Source: Octopus sinensis (lineage: Eukaryota). Taken from it: a stretch of DNA of 64,000 nucleotides. The stretch spans positions 70,990,001 through 71,054,000 of the forward strand of contig NC_043004.1 in assembly GCF_006345805.1 (NCBI RefSeq). Direction: 5' to 3'. Positions 38,740-52,530 of the stretch are shown here, one piece after another. Made by a program: the position numbers and the translations under genes. Within the stretch, counting starts at the first letter, position 1. Each line of letters opens with the position of its first letter. The notes beneath the pieces were generated by a model. The model searched no databases. It was not told the DNA's origin and saw only the letters and a program-made list of their open reading frames with translations.

Positions 38740-39225
38740 CATACCTTTCCTTCTTGGGACACAAAACTCTACATGTGAAGACCTGTTGAGGCAAGTGAAA
38801 ATCAAAATCAAAATCGATCAACATCAATGGAAATCGTAGCTGTGATACCAGTGCCGGTGACACACAAGTGAACCATCCAAACATGGCCGTTGCCAGCGCT
38901 GCCCCGACTGGCCTCCGTGCCAGTGGCACATAAAAAGCACCATCTGATCGTGGCCGTTGCCAGCCTGGCCTGGCCTCCGCGCCGGTGGCACGTAAAAAGC
39001 ACCATCCGATCGTGGCCGTTTGCCAGCCTTGTCTGGCACCTGTGCCGGTGGCACGTAAAAAGCACCTACATCCACGGAGTGGTTGGTGTTAGGAAAGGCA
39101 TCCAGCCGTAGAAACATTGCCAGATCAGACTGGGCCTGGTGCAACCTTCTGGCTTCCCAGACCCCAGTTGAACCGTCCAACACATGCCAAATGGAAAGCG
39201 GACGGTAAACGATGATGATGATGAT
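38740..39225 (+). mobile_element. RTE-type 3' tail
   Basis: Same architecture as 37385-37925. Confidence 0.8.
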
Positions 39226-39331
39226 GGCTGTATATTTTTAATAACAGAAGTACCAACATTTCTTACTTCCTTACAAGGACTACAGCGGTCATTTTTGACC
39301 AGCATTGAAAATCTTTATTTAGTACAATTTA

Positions 39332-40125
39332 TCTAATCTATAAAATGAAGAAGGCAAACGATACAAATTGGATTTTTATGTAAAAAGGGGTCTAAATGGG
39401 GTTGGAAGGGGATTAAAATTTATAGGAGGTGAGAAATTGATTCGGAGATGTTTTGGGGCACTACAGTGGTTGCTTTGGTGTGAAAATGGGGATTTTATTG
39501 ATTTTGGGGGACACTTGGGGGTCTAGATTGGACACCTTTTGTCCGATTTCAATCAAATTTTCAACATGGTAAAGTGGAAGTGGATTTCTAATTTAAGCGC
39601 AGAAAATGGGTTCGAAATTTAAAAAATTTTTGAAGTTGAAAAAATTTCTCATTTTTACGTATTTTTGCCTTTTATTTTTTATTGTTTACAGTTTTCATTT
39701 TTTCTGAAAGAAATTTACAGCTGCATGTAGCCCGTGTTTAGAGCTTTCATTTGCATGGTCAATCGTTGAAAAATTTAACAAAGAAATCCTTTTTATCCTT
39801 ATTTTTAATCACTCAAATAGTGGCACGTAGAAAAGGCAAGTGTGCTTTCTGTTGTCACTGCCTGATATTTATGATTGATCTTTCAAAATATTTTCTTTCT
39901 CAACTTACTCAAGATCTTTTGTTTTTTATAAATGGGAGAGAGATAGATAGAGAAAGATAGAGAGTAAGAGAAAGCAAGTGAGAGTCCGAGATAAAGGAAG
40001 AGTAAGAGAGTGGGAAAGTGAGAGAGAAACAAAGAGGGAGAATGTGGCGATAAGAAACAGAAAGGAAGCAACAGAAGTAACAACCACACCTTCACCCGTG
40101 TGTAGAGCGGGTCACCTTAATCTAA
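39332..40125 (+). mobile_element. Candidate non-autonomous Helitron
   Basis: A|TCTAATCTATAAAATG 5' end; ACCCG..CGGGT hairpin 40094-40112, then CTAA|T 10 nt later. Confidence 0.5.
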
Positions 40126-40719
40126 TTTTAAATATAAGCTAATGTAGTGAATAAAGGATTTGAAAATACAGTATTTAGCATTTATTTACATACAACAAAA
40201 CTATATATACACATATATATATATATGAACTTATGCTCATGATTGTACATTCAATACAGTCGTAGAAATTAAAAGGTAAAAAGCATGAACAGTTGTAAAT
40301 GACCTCTTGGTACTTCTAGCATTAAAATGACATTGTAGTGTAGGTGCAAGAGGTTGAATAGGGTCAGTTTTAGCGTAAAACATGTGGAATATTTGGGCTG
40401 GATATGACCAAATTAAATGCTAAAGTGTTAATATCCAACTTTATTCTTTTAAATAAAAGAAACCAAGGATAAAAATGGACCTTTCTAGTATTGTAAACTG
40501 GTTGATGAACAATTCAAGAGGACACATTGGTCTTGCAGGAGAGATGGCAACCCCTACAGCAGTGTTTCCCAAATGGGCAGTATTGCTCCCATGGGGGCAG
40601 TGGAAGATTCAGGAGTGGAGAGGGGGCTGTTTAAGAAAAGTGGGGTGATAATGGGGTGGCCAAAAGAAAGCGATGGATGTAAAAAAAAACCCCTCAAATA
40701 ATGGGTTAATTACGTTTTT

Positions 40720-41110
40720 ACTCTTTCACTCTTTTCCTTGTTTCAGTCATTGGACTGCAGCCATGCTGGAGCACTGCCTTGAAGGGATTTAGTTGAGCAA
40801 ATCAACCCCAGGGCTTATTTTTAAAGCCTAGTATTTATTCTAATGGTCTTTTGCTGAACTGCTAAGTTACAGAGATGTAAACACACCAACACCAGTTGTC
40901 AAGCGGTGGTGGGGAAGACAGACACAAAGATACACACGCACACACACACACACACACATATGATGGATTTCTTTCAGTTTCTGTCTACCGAATCCACTCA
41001 CAAGGCTTTGGTCGTCCCAAGGCTATAGTAGCAGATGCCCAAAGTGTCATACAGTGGGACTGAACTCAGACCCATGTGGTTGGAAAGCAAGCTTCTTACC
41101 ACACAGCTAC
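40720..41110 (-). mobile_element. SINE family 1
   Basis: Diverged reverse complement match. Confidence 0.8.
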
Positions 41111-41959
41111 GTCTTATCGTTAAGTTTTGTTTGTGAAATACGGCTGTTTTAAATTTACTTCAGAAAGAAGTTTGTGTTTGTGGGTGGTGAGTTGGGGGGG
41201 GGTGTGCTGAGGGATGTGGCCCAGGTTCCAAAGGGGCAGCAGCCTGTAAAGGTTTGAGAACTACTCTTCTGTAGGGTTGTTGCCATGGCAAAATGCATCT
41301 ACTACACTCTGTAATGTGGTTGAAGAACAAACTGAAACAACTACGAGCATTAGAGACTGTTTAGGCTTGCTGGGGACAAGGCAACATCATTGGTGCTGGT
41401 TCAATGCTAATTTATCTGACATCAGACATTCTGATATTTCTTTTGTTCTTTCCCATGCCTTCTTTCTCTTTCTTTCTCTTTTTCTCTCTCTCTCTCTGTT
41501 GGATGTTAAATAATGATGGTGATTACTATTTTTTAATCTCACAACCTGAGATATTCAGCAACAGTACTTTGTAGTAAAGTTTGTTTGCCAACAGCACTTG
41601 GCAGTTCTGGTTTAGGACTAATGTTACTGTAAATTAGCAGCATTAAATGTACATACAGCACCTGGAGCCTGTATGGACATATAATGTGGTTTTAGAGTCA
41701 AGTTTTGGCTGCTATTTCTAGAATGGTGGTATTTCTTAGATACCCTTAATTATAATTATATATATATATATGCGTGTGTGTGTGTGTATCTTTATATATG
41801 TATGTATACACATGTATATATATATCTAAATATTAGTATATAAATATATATATATGTATATACATACACACACATATCTCTAAATATTTGTGTGTATATA
41901 CACACACACACACATATATATATATATCTATACACACACATTTATACATATACTCTTTT

Positions 41960-42345
41960 TTTTACTCTTTTACTTGTTTTAGTCATTTGACTGCGGCCAT
42001 GCTGGATCGAGCAACTCGACCCCGGGACTTATTCTTTTGTAAGCCCAGTACTTATTCTATCGGTCTCTTTTGCCGAACAGCTAAGTAACGGGGACATAAA
42101 CACACCAGCATCGGTTGTCAAGCAATGCTAGGGGGACAAACACAGACACACAAACTCACACACGCATATATATACATATACACGACGGGCTTCTTTCAGT
42201 TTCCGTCTACCAAATCCACTCACAAGGCTTTGGTCGGGCCGAGGCTATAGTAGAAGACACTTGCCCAAGGTGCCACGCAGTGGAACTGAACCTGGTACCA
42301 TGTGGTTGGTAAACAAGCTACTTACCACACAACCACTCCTGCACC
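41960..42345 (-). mobile_element. SINE family 1, young-looking copy
   Basis: Close to the family consensus. Confidence 0.9.
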
Positions 42346-42872
42346 TATATATACACTCACACATAAACACATAGACCACAGAACACAAATGTGTATTCAT
42401 TGAAGAATCTTCCCTAATCCTCATGGCTTTCCTGTTGCTAACTCTGGGTACGTGTATCTGTGTGCATGCATTTTAAAGGGAGCAGGTCTGCACGACTAAA
42501 AGGGGTGGAGCGGAGACAAGGACCAGTTCTTAGGCATGTGCATAAGTTTGTGGTTGCATTCGTTCACATGTGTATATGCGCAGCAAGCCTCTGTAAACCT
42601 GTGTGTGCACATGTATATATGGTACGTATGTGTATGTGTACATGTGTGTATATGTGTGCATGCAGATCTACTTGTATGTTATGTGCGTTTGTGCATATTT
42701 GTGCATGTGTGTTCAGAGTAAACACCAGGAAGCAGTGCTACCCATTATCTACCCCCCATTTGTACCCTCACCCCACCACCATCACCCCCCCCCCCCCTCT
42801 TTCCTGACTCATTTGATCTAATCTATTAAAATGTCAGAAAATAGAAAATCCTCTCCTGACAGCTTTACATCA

Positions 42873-42888
42873 CTGCTAGATGGCGCTA
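42873..42888 (+). promoter_or_regulatory. Candidate CTCF site
   Basis: CTGCTAGATGGCGCTA versus common core CCACTAGATGGCGC, in a short non-repetitive patch. Confidence 0.35.
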
Positions 42889-43074
42889 CTAAAGACGCTT
42901 AAGCAATATGGCAACATGGTGTCTTGTTTGTTACTTGTTGTTGTTGGTTTATTGTTTTCTTATTTTTTATTTCTACCTTGTATTGTTATTTGGTTGTGGT
43001 GGTAGTAGTAGTAGTAGCAGTGGTGGTGTTATTGTTGGTGGTTATAGTGATAGTGGTGGTATTGGTAATGTTGG

Positions 43075-43595
43075 TAGTGGCACAGGCACTGGTGGATGTG
43101 ATGGTGATGGTTGTGGTGCTGATTGTGGTACAGGCACTAGTGGTGGTGGTGGTGGTTGTGATAATGTTAGTGATGGCAGTAGTAGTTAGTAACTGATGAT
43201 TATGGTGGTGGTGCTGCTGATTGTGGTACAGGCACTGGTGGTGGTGGTGGTGATGGTAGTGATGGTGATGGTGCTGCTGTTGATTGTGGTACAGGCACAG
43301 GTGGTAGTGGTGGTGCTACTGATTGTAGTACAGGCATTAGTGGTTGTAGTGGTGATGGTGCTGCTAATTGTAGTACAGGCACTAATGGTTGTGATGGTTG
43401 TGGTGGTGATAGTGGTGGTGCGGATTGTGGTACAGGCACCTGTGGTTGTGGTGGTGATGGTTGTGATGGTAGTGGTGGTGCTGCTGATTATGGTACAAGC
43501 ATTAGTGGTGGTGGTTGTAGTGATGATGCTGGCAGTAGCATTTAGTGTCTGATGGTGGTGGTGGTGGTGTTGTTGATTATGGTACAGGCACAAGT
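43075..43595. repeat. (GGT/GAT)n array with recurring anchor GCTGATTGTGGTACAGGCAC (~9 units)
   Basis: Direct reading; gives the VLLIVVQAL-repeat ORFs. Confidence 0.9.
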
Positions 43596-43719
43596 GGTGA
43601 TGGTGAGGCTTGAGGATTTTCTGGTAGCATTCGTCCTTATAGAGTGTTGGCGATGATTATAGGAATGCTGTTGAAATTGAGAATAATTGCAATATATTAT
43701 AGTAGCAACAATGTAAATG

Positions 43720-43758
<39 letters not shown>

Positions 43759-43909
43759 TTATGTATGTGTGTGTGTGTGTGTGTGCTTTCTATTTTCTTT
43801 AATTGTTAGAATTCTTGTAAAGAAAGATCTTGTCTCTGTCAAACATTCAAAGCTATCTTAGTATATCCTTACTATATTGTTATATATATATTGTTACTAT
43901 ATTGTTATG

Positions 43910-44130
43910 GTGGTGAGCTGGCAGAATCATTAGCATGCAGGGCGAAATTCTTAGTAATATTTCGTCTGCCGCTACGTTTTGAGTTCAAATTCCGCCGAGG
44001 TCGACTTAGCCTTTCTTCCTTTCGGGGTCGATTAAATAAGTACCAGTTATGCACTTGGGTCAATATATTCGACTTAATCCCTTTGTCTGTCCGTGTTTGT
44101 CCCCTCTATGTTTAGCCCCTTGTGGGCAAT
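43910..44130 (+). mobile_element. SINE family 2, full length
   Basis: Matches 28170-28402. Confidence 0.85.
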
Positions 44131-44544
44131 ACAGAAATAACTATATTGTTATATTTCAAGATAATGCCATTCTTTTCCTTCATTTTTTTGCCAAATAACC
44201 ACACAGGCTATATACTCATTCTTCAGTTCAGCTTTATTATTATTCTTATCTTTCCTCATTTTAGTACCCTTTATCTGAAATCTTTCATCACACCTCCTAT
44301 GACCTCTTCAGCAACTCTCCATCAATGTGTCTCCTCCTGTCCTGTTTAACTGTTTAGTTCATTCTGTCCTTCTATGATGTGTATCTCTATCCGTGCTTCC
44401 ATTTGCATCTTCATCTGTGTGCATGTGTGCAAAACAAATGCATAAATATATTTTTACTGTTATACATATGCTGTATTTATCATTTGTTATCCATACTGTC
44501 TTCACCTAGAAACCCTAGAGTTACAAGATTGTCACTTAACCCAT

Positions 44545-44690
44545 TAGCAGTTAAACCAGCTATGTCCAGCCCCCCAAAATCAATCTGTTTTATGTTCAAA
44601 CTGGCCAGATCCAGCCTCTCATACCTACCCTGCAATGTCATTGTAAAATTACACAATCACATCATTGAAATCTCAAAGCTGACTTCTGTG
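44545..44690. mobile_element. piggyBac-type MITE end (second family); reverse-oriented relative at ~40310-40432
   Basis: TTAA|CCCATTAGCA start; the relative ends TGCTAAAGTG|TTAA. Confidence 0.55.
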
Positions 44691-44789
44691 GTTGTGTCTA
44701 ATTTATTTCCAAACGACGACACCAGGCCTGTTATGTGGCTCTTTGTGGAAGTTCCGACACATATATTCCACTAATATTCCTTGAGATTA

Positions 44790-45931
44790 TGTATTCTTTT
44801 ATTCTGTTACTTGTGTCAGTCATTTTACTGTGGCCATGCTGGAGCACTGCCTTAAAGGGTTTTAGTCGAAGAAATCGACCCCAGGAATTATTTCTTAAGC
44901 CTAGTTTTTATTCTAACGGTCTCTTTTACTGAACTGCTATGTTATGGGGATGTAAACACACCAACACCAGTTGTCAAGCGGTGACGGGTGGGGGTGGGGT
45001 TTAAACACAATGACAAAGATACACACATATACATACATATGCAATGGGCTTCTTTCAGTTTCCATCTACCAAATCCACTCACAAGGCTTTGGTTTGGCCT
45101 GAGGCTATAGTAGAAGACACTTGCCTAAGGTGCCACGCAGTGAGATTGAACCCAGAACTATGCAGTTGGGAAGCAAGCTTCTTACCACACAGCCATGACT
45201 GCACCTATAAATGCATGCATGCATGCAATAATACATATGTATGTATGCATGTGTGTGTGTGTGTAATATGTATTTAATAGAGGTATTTTCTATATTTGAA
45301 CTAGGTGGAGGGAGGGCAGTCTCTCCTCAGTGTGCATTATGTGTGTGTGTATTATCATCATCATCATCATCATCATTTAATGTCCGTTGCTGGCATGTAT
45401 TGGACGGTTTGACCAGAGCTGGCAAGCTGGGGAACTTCACCAGACTCCAGTCTGATCTGGCCTGGTTTCTGCAGCCTGATGCTCTTCATGCCCTTCCTAA
45501 CACCAACCACTTTACAGAGTGTGCTGCTGGGGGCTTTTATGTGGTGCTGGACAGGCACTTTTTTGTGGCACTTCCACGAGTGCTTTTCACCACCGCAGGG
45601 ACCATTCTTAACACTTCTGCTGTGGAGTATGGGTCTTTTTGGGTACAGCAAGGCACCAAGTATCTCGGTCCTTAGTGTATATATATATATGATGGCCATC
45701 CACTCGTGACCGAGGAAGATCATTGCTGACCTTTAGGAACATTATGCACTCTAGGACTAACTACCATCATTTAATCATCATTTAACATTCGTTGTCCATG
45801 CTGGCACATGGTTTCGGGTTCAGTCCCACTGTGTGACACCTCAGGCAAGCGTCTTCTACTATAGCCTCAGGCTGACGAAATCTTGTGAATGGATTTGGTT
45901 GACAGAAACTGAAAGAAGCTTATCATGTATA

Positions 45932-45966
<35 letters not shown>

Positions 45967-46370
45967 TTGCGTTTCTATTTGACAGCTCATCACCTCTTGA
46001 CAACCAGTGTTGGTGTGTTTACCTCCCAGTGGCTTAGCTGTTTGGCAAAAGAGACTGATAGAATAAGTACTAGGCTTACAAAGATTAAGTCCTGGGGTCA
46101 GTTTCTTTGACTAAAAAAAAATCCTTTAAGATGGTGCTCCAGCATGGCCACAGTCAAATGAGTGAAACAAATAAAAGAATGACAGAATACACACACACAC
46201 ACACAAACATGATGGGCTTCTTTCAGTTTCTGTCTTCTAATTCTATTCACAAAACTTTGGCCAGCTGGAGGCTATAGTAGAAGACACCTGCCTAAAGTGT
46301 CACGTAGTGGGACTGAACTTGGAACCATGTGGCTGGTAAGCAAACTGCAAACTTTTTACCACACACCCAT
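44790..46370. mobile_element. Cluster: SINE1 (-) ~44790-45205, RTE tail (-) ~45355-45590, SINE1 (+) ~45810-46170, SINE1 head (-) ~46210-46370
   Basis: Module matches to the families above. Confidence 0.75.
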
Positions 46371-47289
46371 GCCTCCCCCCTATAATGTTGTGAAATATCT
46401 ACCAAAAAATGGAACAATTGAATGGTATTTCTTGCGAGTCATGGTGGTGCCTCAATACTCTTCAATACACTTGAAATATTCTCAACTAAAAATAGTTCTA
46501 TAGACAACATTCCTCAACAAAAGATAAATTGGCAGGTAAAACTGCTTTCTGTAGTTAAGGGCAATGAGATTTTGAGGAGAGGAGACATACCTGATTTCTG
46601 CTGTAAAGTGGTAAAGATAGTAGGGGTGTGACTTGAGGAAAGTTTGACTGCTATTTTACGCCAATCAGGCAACCACACAGGGGCCTTCCAGATGATGTAT
46701 GTTTCTGCATAGTGTGTGTGTGTGTGTGTTCCAGTAGACTGGTTTGTAATCAAGCACTCTCTCCTGTCCTCGTTATATTTCCTTCCATCATCCCTGTATG
46801 GCTGAACATGTAATCACATCCATTAAGCCTTTCTCTCTATTTCCTCTTCTCCCTCACTCTCTCTTTCTCACTGTTTGTCTGAATCTCCCCCTTTCTCTCC
46901 TTCCCCCCCTCTCGCTCTTGGAATAATTTCCTGTAAACAATTTAATAGTTGATTGATTCTCTGCCAAAATAATGAATAACTTCACAATAGGGTTCACTTA
47001 GGACTTGCTTCCTCCCTTTCTCTACACCTGTTTCTCTCCCTCTTCTAATCTCTCATTCACTCTTCTCTTCTCCTCTTCTGCCGTTTCAGTCTTTCCTTCT
47101 CTCTTTTTTTCTCTCTGCCTCTCTATTTTGCTCTGTGTCTCTCTTTCTCTCTGCCTCTCTCTTTTGCTTTGTCTTTCACTTTTTCTCTGTCTCTCTCTTT
47201 CTCTCTCTGTTTCTCTCATTCTCTCACCTCCTGCTCCTCTTTTTCTCACTATTTCTCTATATCTCTCACACTCCTTTTCTCTATCTCTC

Positions 47290-47550
47290 TCTCATACATA
47301 CATACATACATACATACATACACACACATACATACAAACATACACACACACACACACATACATACATACATACATACACACATACATACATACATACATA
47401 CATACACACACATACACACATACATACATATATACATACATACAAACATACATACATACATACATACATACATACACACACATATACATACATACAAACA
47501 TACACACATACATAATACATACACACACACTCACACACATACATATACAC
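47290..47550. repeat. (TACA)n/(CA)n array
   Basis: Direct reading. Confidence 0.95.
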
Positions 47551-48344
47551 AGCCATACTCACCCACAAAGATTCCTAACCTCTCTCACTAGTTTCAGTCT
47601 ATCGCTCTCACTAGCTAATCTCTCTTTCCTTTATATCTACACCCCTTCTCTCTCTGTTTTAATCCCATCCTCTCACCCTCACTCGCTAATCTTTCTTCTT
47701 CTTATATTTACAACCCCACCTCTCTCTCTCTCTCACACTTTTCATTAGTTCTATCCTCTCACCCCTACTCGCTAATTTCTCTCTCCCTCTCTTTATTTTA
47801 CACCCCCCTCTCCATCACCTCCTTCCATGCCAGTCCTTTAGTAATGCAATTTTGTGCATAAGATATACTGTAATTGAAATGGTTACAGCTGTATGTACTT
47901 CTGCATTAGTAGATTTGGTAGAGGGAAACTGAAAGAAGCCTGTCATATACATATGTGTGTGTGTGTGTGTGTCTTTGTGTCTTGTTTGCTCCATAACTTA
48001 GCAGTTCAACAATAGGAACTGATAAAGTAAGTACCATGCTTAAAGAGTACTGAGGTTGATTTGTTTGAATAAAATTCTTCAAGGCAGTGCCCCAGCGTGG
48101 CCTCAGTCTAATGACTGATACAAGATATATATATGTACGTATGTATATTCGTGGCCATGCACTTTCTGTGTGTGTATGTGCGTGCATGCATGCATGCATG
48201 TGTGTGTGTGTGTGTGAATGAAGCGTATGTTCTCCGTTCTGTATGCTTTGACTTTTGGCCTTTCTCGTAATCCTTCACCAAATTCTTCTTTCTACTTTGA
48301 ACCCTGCTCCCTGCTCTGTGTTTTCCTGTTGCTATCTGCCACTA

Positions 48345-48905
48345 CCACACCAATACAGTCACTGCCATCAACACCACCACCACCACCACCACCACTACCA
48401 CCACCACTACAATCACCATCTCACCACCACCACCACCACCACAATCACCACCACTACCACCACCACTGTAATCACCATCTCACCACCACCACAATCACCA
48501 CCACTACCACCACCACCACTTCAATCACCATCTCACCACCACCACAATCACCACCACCACCACCACTACAATCACCATCTCAACACCACCACCACAATCA
48601 CCACCACCACCACCACTACAATCACCATCTCAACACCACCACAATCACCATCTCACCACCACCACTACCCACACCACCACCACCACTGCAATCACTACTA
48701 CCACCACTACCACTATCACCATCTCACCACCACCACTACCCACACCACCACCACCACTGCAATCACTACTACCACCACTACCACCACCACCACTACAATC
48801 ACCATCTCACCACCACCACTACCCACACCACCACCACCACTGCAATCACTACTACCACCACTACCACCACCACCACTACAATCACCATCTCACCACCACC
48901 ACCAT
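48345..48905. repeat. (CAC)n array with recurring anchor ACAATCACCATCT
   Basis: Source of the P/H/T-rich ORFs 48218-49049. Confidence 0.9.
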
Positions 48906-50149
48906 TCTACTGTTACTGTCCCTTTGTCTCCACCCCATTTCCAGTTATTGATTGGTAAGAGAGTACCTGCTCCTTCCACCATCCTCCCTGGCGCCTACAC
49001 TAAACCCCTGAATCCCTCATTGACAGGTTTTAAACTAAGAGGGATCTAGCAAGCTCCTTTACATCAAGGGAGATGGCTGTGTGGCATATGAGGTGCGATG
49101 ATAGTGGTGGTGGTGGTGGGGGAAGAGGTGGAGAGGGAAAGGGAGAGGAATAATGGTAAATGGTTGCTGTAGGCACTGGGGGGTTGGTGAGGACAGGAGG
49201 CGGGGGGGGATAGATTGGTGCTTGATTGAGGTTTTGGCTGAGTATAAGAAATCAATGATGCTGTGATGATGGTTAGAGTAGTAGTAACAGAAGTAGTAGT
49301 AGTAGTATAGTAGTAGTAGTAGTAGTGGTTGTAGTAGCAGTGGCAGTGGTGTATGTAGTAGTGGTAGTAGTTGTAATGATGGTGGTGTTTGTAGTAGTAG
49401 TGATAATAGTTGCAGTAATAGTAATGGTTGTAGTAGTAGTAATAGTAGTAGTGATGTTGGTGGTTGTAATGGTAGTAGTTGTGGTAGTAGTAGTGATGGT
49501 GGTTGTAGTAGTGGTAGTAGTGGCAGTGGCTATAAGTGATGGTGACTATAAGTAGTGGTGGTAGTAGTAATAGTAGTAGTGGTGGTGGTGTCTTATTTTT
49601 ATAAAATCATTTGTACTAGTTGTGGTAGTAGTAGTAGTAGTAGTAGTAGTAATAATAATGATTGCTGTAGTAGTGGTTGTGGTTGTAGTAGTTGTGGCTA
49701 TAAGTGATGGTGACTGTAGTAGCAGTAGTAGTGGTAGTGTCTTATTTTTATAGAATTATTAGTACTAGTTGTGGTGGTTGGGGTAGTAGTAGTAGTAGGT
49801 TTTTGTTGTTATTGTTGAAGTACTAAAAATAGTTACTAGTAGTTTATTTGCATATGGTGTTCATGTTCTGACCTTCGGTTCATTTTTTGAATTTCATCCT
49901 GCCAAGGAATGGTTCCATTCCCTCCAAGAGTTGATGTTTGGGATTAGCTGAAGGGAAAGATGATCAGGCACAGGCATGGTTGTGTGGTAAGAAGCTTGCT
50001 TCCCAACCACATCGTTCTGGGTTCAGTCTCACTGCGTGGCACCTTGGGCAAGTGTCTTCTACTATAGCCTCGGGCCGACCAAAGCCTTGTGAGTGGATTT
50101 GATTGACGGAAACTGAAAGAAGCCTGTCAAATATATATAGATATATATG

Positions 50150-50557
50150 CATTCTGTTATTCTTTTACTTATTTCAGTCATTTGACTGCGGCCATGCTGG
50201 AGCACTGCCTTTAGTTAAACAAATTGACCTCAAGACTTACTCTTATGTAAGCCTAGTTCGTATTCTATTGGTCTCTTTTAACATACCACTAAATTACGGG
50301 GATGTAAACACACCAACATTGGTTGTCAAGTGATGGTGGGGGACAAACACACACAAATACATACATACATTTATATATATACACATATATATATATATAT
50401 GATAGGCTTCTTTCAGTTTCCGTCTACCAAATCCTCGCTCAAGGCTTTGGTCGGCCTGAGGCTATAGTAGTGAACATCTGCCCTAGGTGTCATGTTGTGG
50501 GACTGAACCTGGAACCATGTGGTTGGGAAGCAAGGAACTTACCACACAGCCAGTCCT
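50150..50557 (-). mobile_element. SINE family 1, left member of a head-to-head pair
   Basis: Ends ACCACACAGCCAGTCCT. Confidence 0.85.
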
Positions 50558-50566
50558 GTGCCTATT

Positions 50567-50724
50567 AGGAGTGGCTGTGTAGTAAGTAGCTTGCTTACCA
50601 ACCACATGGTTCCGGGTTCAGTCCCACTGCGTGGCATCTTGGGCAAGTGTCTTCTACTATAGCCTTGGACCGACCAATGCCTTGTGAGTGGATTTGGTAG
50701 ACGGAAACTGAAAGAAGCCCATCG

Positions 50725-50773
<49 letters not shown>

Positions 50774-50965
50774 GTGTGTATATGTGTTTGTACCCCCAAC
50801 AACGCTTGACAACCGATGCTGGTGTGTTTACGTCCCCGTAACTAAGTGGTTCAGCAAAAGAGACTGATAGAATAAGTACTAGGCTTACAAAGAATAAGCT
50901 CTGGAGTCGATTTGTTCGACTAAAGTGCTCCAGCATGCCCGCACTCAGATGACTGAAACAAATAA
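50567..50965 (+). mobile_element. SINE family 1, right member of a head-to-head pair
   Basis: Starts AGGAGTGGCTGTGT, 9 nt after the left copy. Confidence 0.9.
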
Positions 50966-51656
50966 AAGAAAAAAAGAAATAAAAGAATATATATATATAT
51001 CATCATCATTATTGTTTAATGTCCTCCTTCCATGCTGGCATGGGTGGGATGGTTTGACAGGAGCCGGCCGGGCAGAAGGCTTGCACCAGACCTATACACA
51101 CACACACTCATATATCTGTCTGTATCTTTGCATCTGTGTTTGTCCCCACCATCATTGCTTGGTAACCAGTGTTTGTGTGTTTATGTCCCTGCAACTTAGC
51201 AGTTTGACAAAAGACACTGATGGAATAAGTACTAGACTTCAAAATTAAGTCCTGGGTGGGGGTGTCGATTGCCTAAAACCTTTCAAGGCAGTACTCCAGC
51301 ATGGCCGCAGTCAAATGACTGAAACAAGGAAAAGAGTAAAAGAGAGTCCAATAGTATTTGGCAAGGTGGGAGGGAGGGGGAGAGAGAGAGAGAGAGAGAG
51401 AGCCATGTCTGCGTCAATAGCATATCTAGTAACTCCTATGTTTATCAGGAAAGACAGGTGTGACTGAATAATTATTGCAGTGGTTCTTGGAAGAGGGAAA
51501 GCTTTGTGGACAAGAAGAGAAGATGGAAAGCTGCCAATGAGGAAGAGGAAAATTTGGACAAGTTGCTTGTGTTCTTTGATCTGGGCCCCATCATGCTTGC
51601 TAAAACCAACGGATACAGTATTTCAGTAAAGGGTAGGGACTTGTTAGTGTCAGTAT

Positions 51657-52380
51657 ATTTTGGGTGAGGAAGGTGGTGAGCTGGCAGAAATGTTAGCATG
51701 CTGGGCAAAATGCTTAGCACTATTTTGTCTGTCTTTACATTCTGAGTTCAAATTCTGCTGAGGTCGACTTTTCCTTTCATCCTTTCGGGGTTGATAAATT
51801 AAGTACCAGTTGCGTACTGGCATTGATCTGATTGACTGGCCCCCTCCCCTCAAATTTCGGGCCTTGTGCCTAGAGTAGAAAGGAATATATTGGGTGAGGA
51901 AGGTAGCGAGCTGGCAGAAATGCTTAGCAGTGTTTTGTCTGTCTTTACGTTCTGAGTGCAAACCCTGCCAAGGTTGACTTTGCCTTTCATCCTTTTAGGA
52001 TCGATAAATTAAGTACCATTTGTATACTGGGGTCAATCTAATTGATTGACACCCCCCCAAAAAAAATTGGGGGGCCAGTCGAATATTGGGGTCAATATAA
52101 TCGACTTACATACCTCCACCAAAAGTGCTGGCCTTGTGCCAAAATTTGAAACTTATTATTAAGGCAGTGAGTTGGTGGAATCATTAGCTTCCTGGACAAA
52201 TGTTTAGTGACATTTTATCTGTCTTTGCATTCTGAGTTCAAATTCCACCAAGGTTGACTTAGCATTTCGTCCTTTTGGTGTTTGATAAAACAAAGTACTG
52301 GTCAAGTACTGGGGTTGATGTATTTGACTTGCCCCCTCCCCCAAATTCCAGGCCTTGTGCCTGGAGTAGAAAGGATTATA
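51657..52380 (+). mobile_element. Three tandem SINE family 2 copies
   Basis: Heads at ~51672, ~51902 and ~52165. Confidence 0.8.
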
Positions 52381-52530
52381 TTTATATAGGTTTTTTCCCA
52401 ACCATGTGGTCTAGGGTTCAGTCCTACTCTGTAGCACCTTGAGCAAGCGTCTTCTACTACGGCCTCAGGCTGGCCAAAGCATTGTGGATGGAATTGGTAA
52501 ACAGAAACTGAATGAAGCCCATTGTATATA

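Noticed and set aside
46591-46704. 114-nt minus-strand exon candidate with a good CAG|gtatgt donor
   Set aside because: The body resembles the dispersed repeat GTGATTTGAGGAAGATTTGGCTGCTATTT seen at ~26765, ~28140 and ~62930; the acceptor is a (CA)n tract
51481-51670. Stop-free frame SGSWKRESFVDKKRRW...
   Set aside because: Weak acceptor, no recognisable family, flanked by repeats
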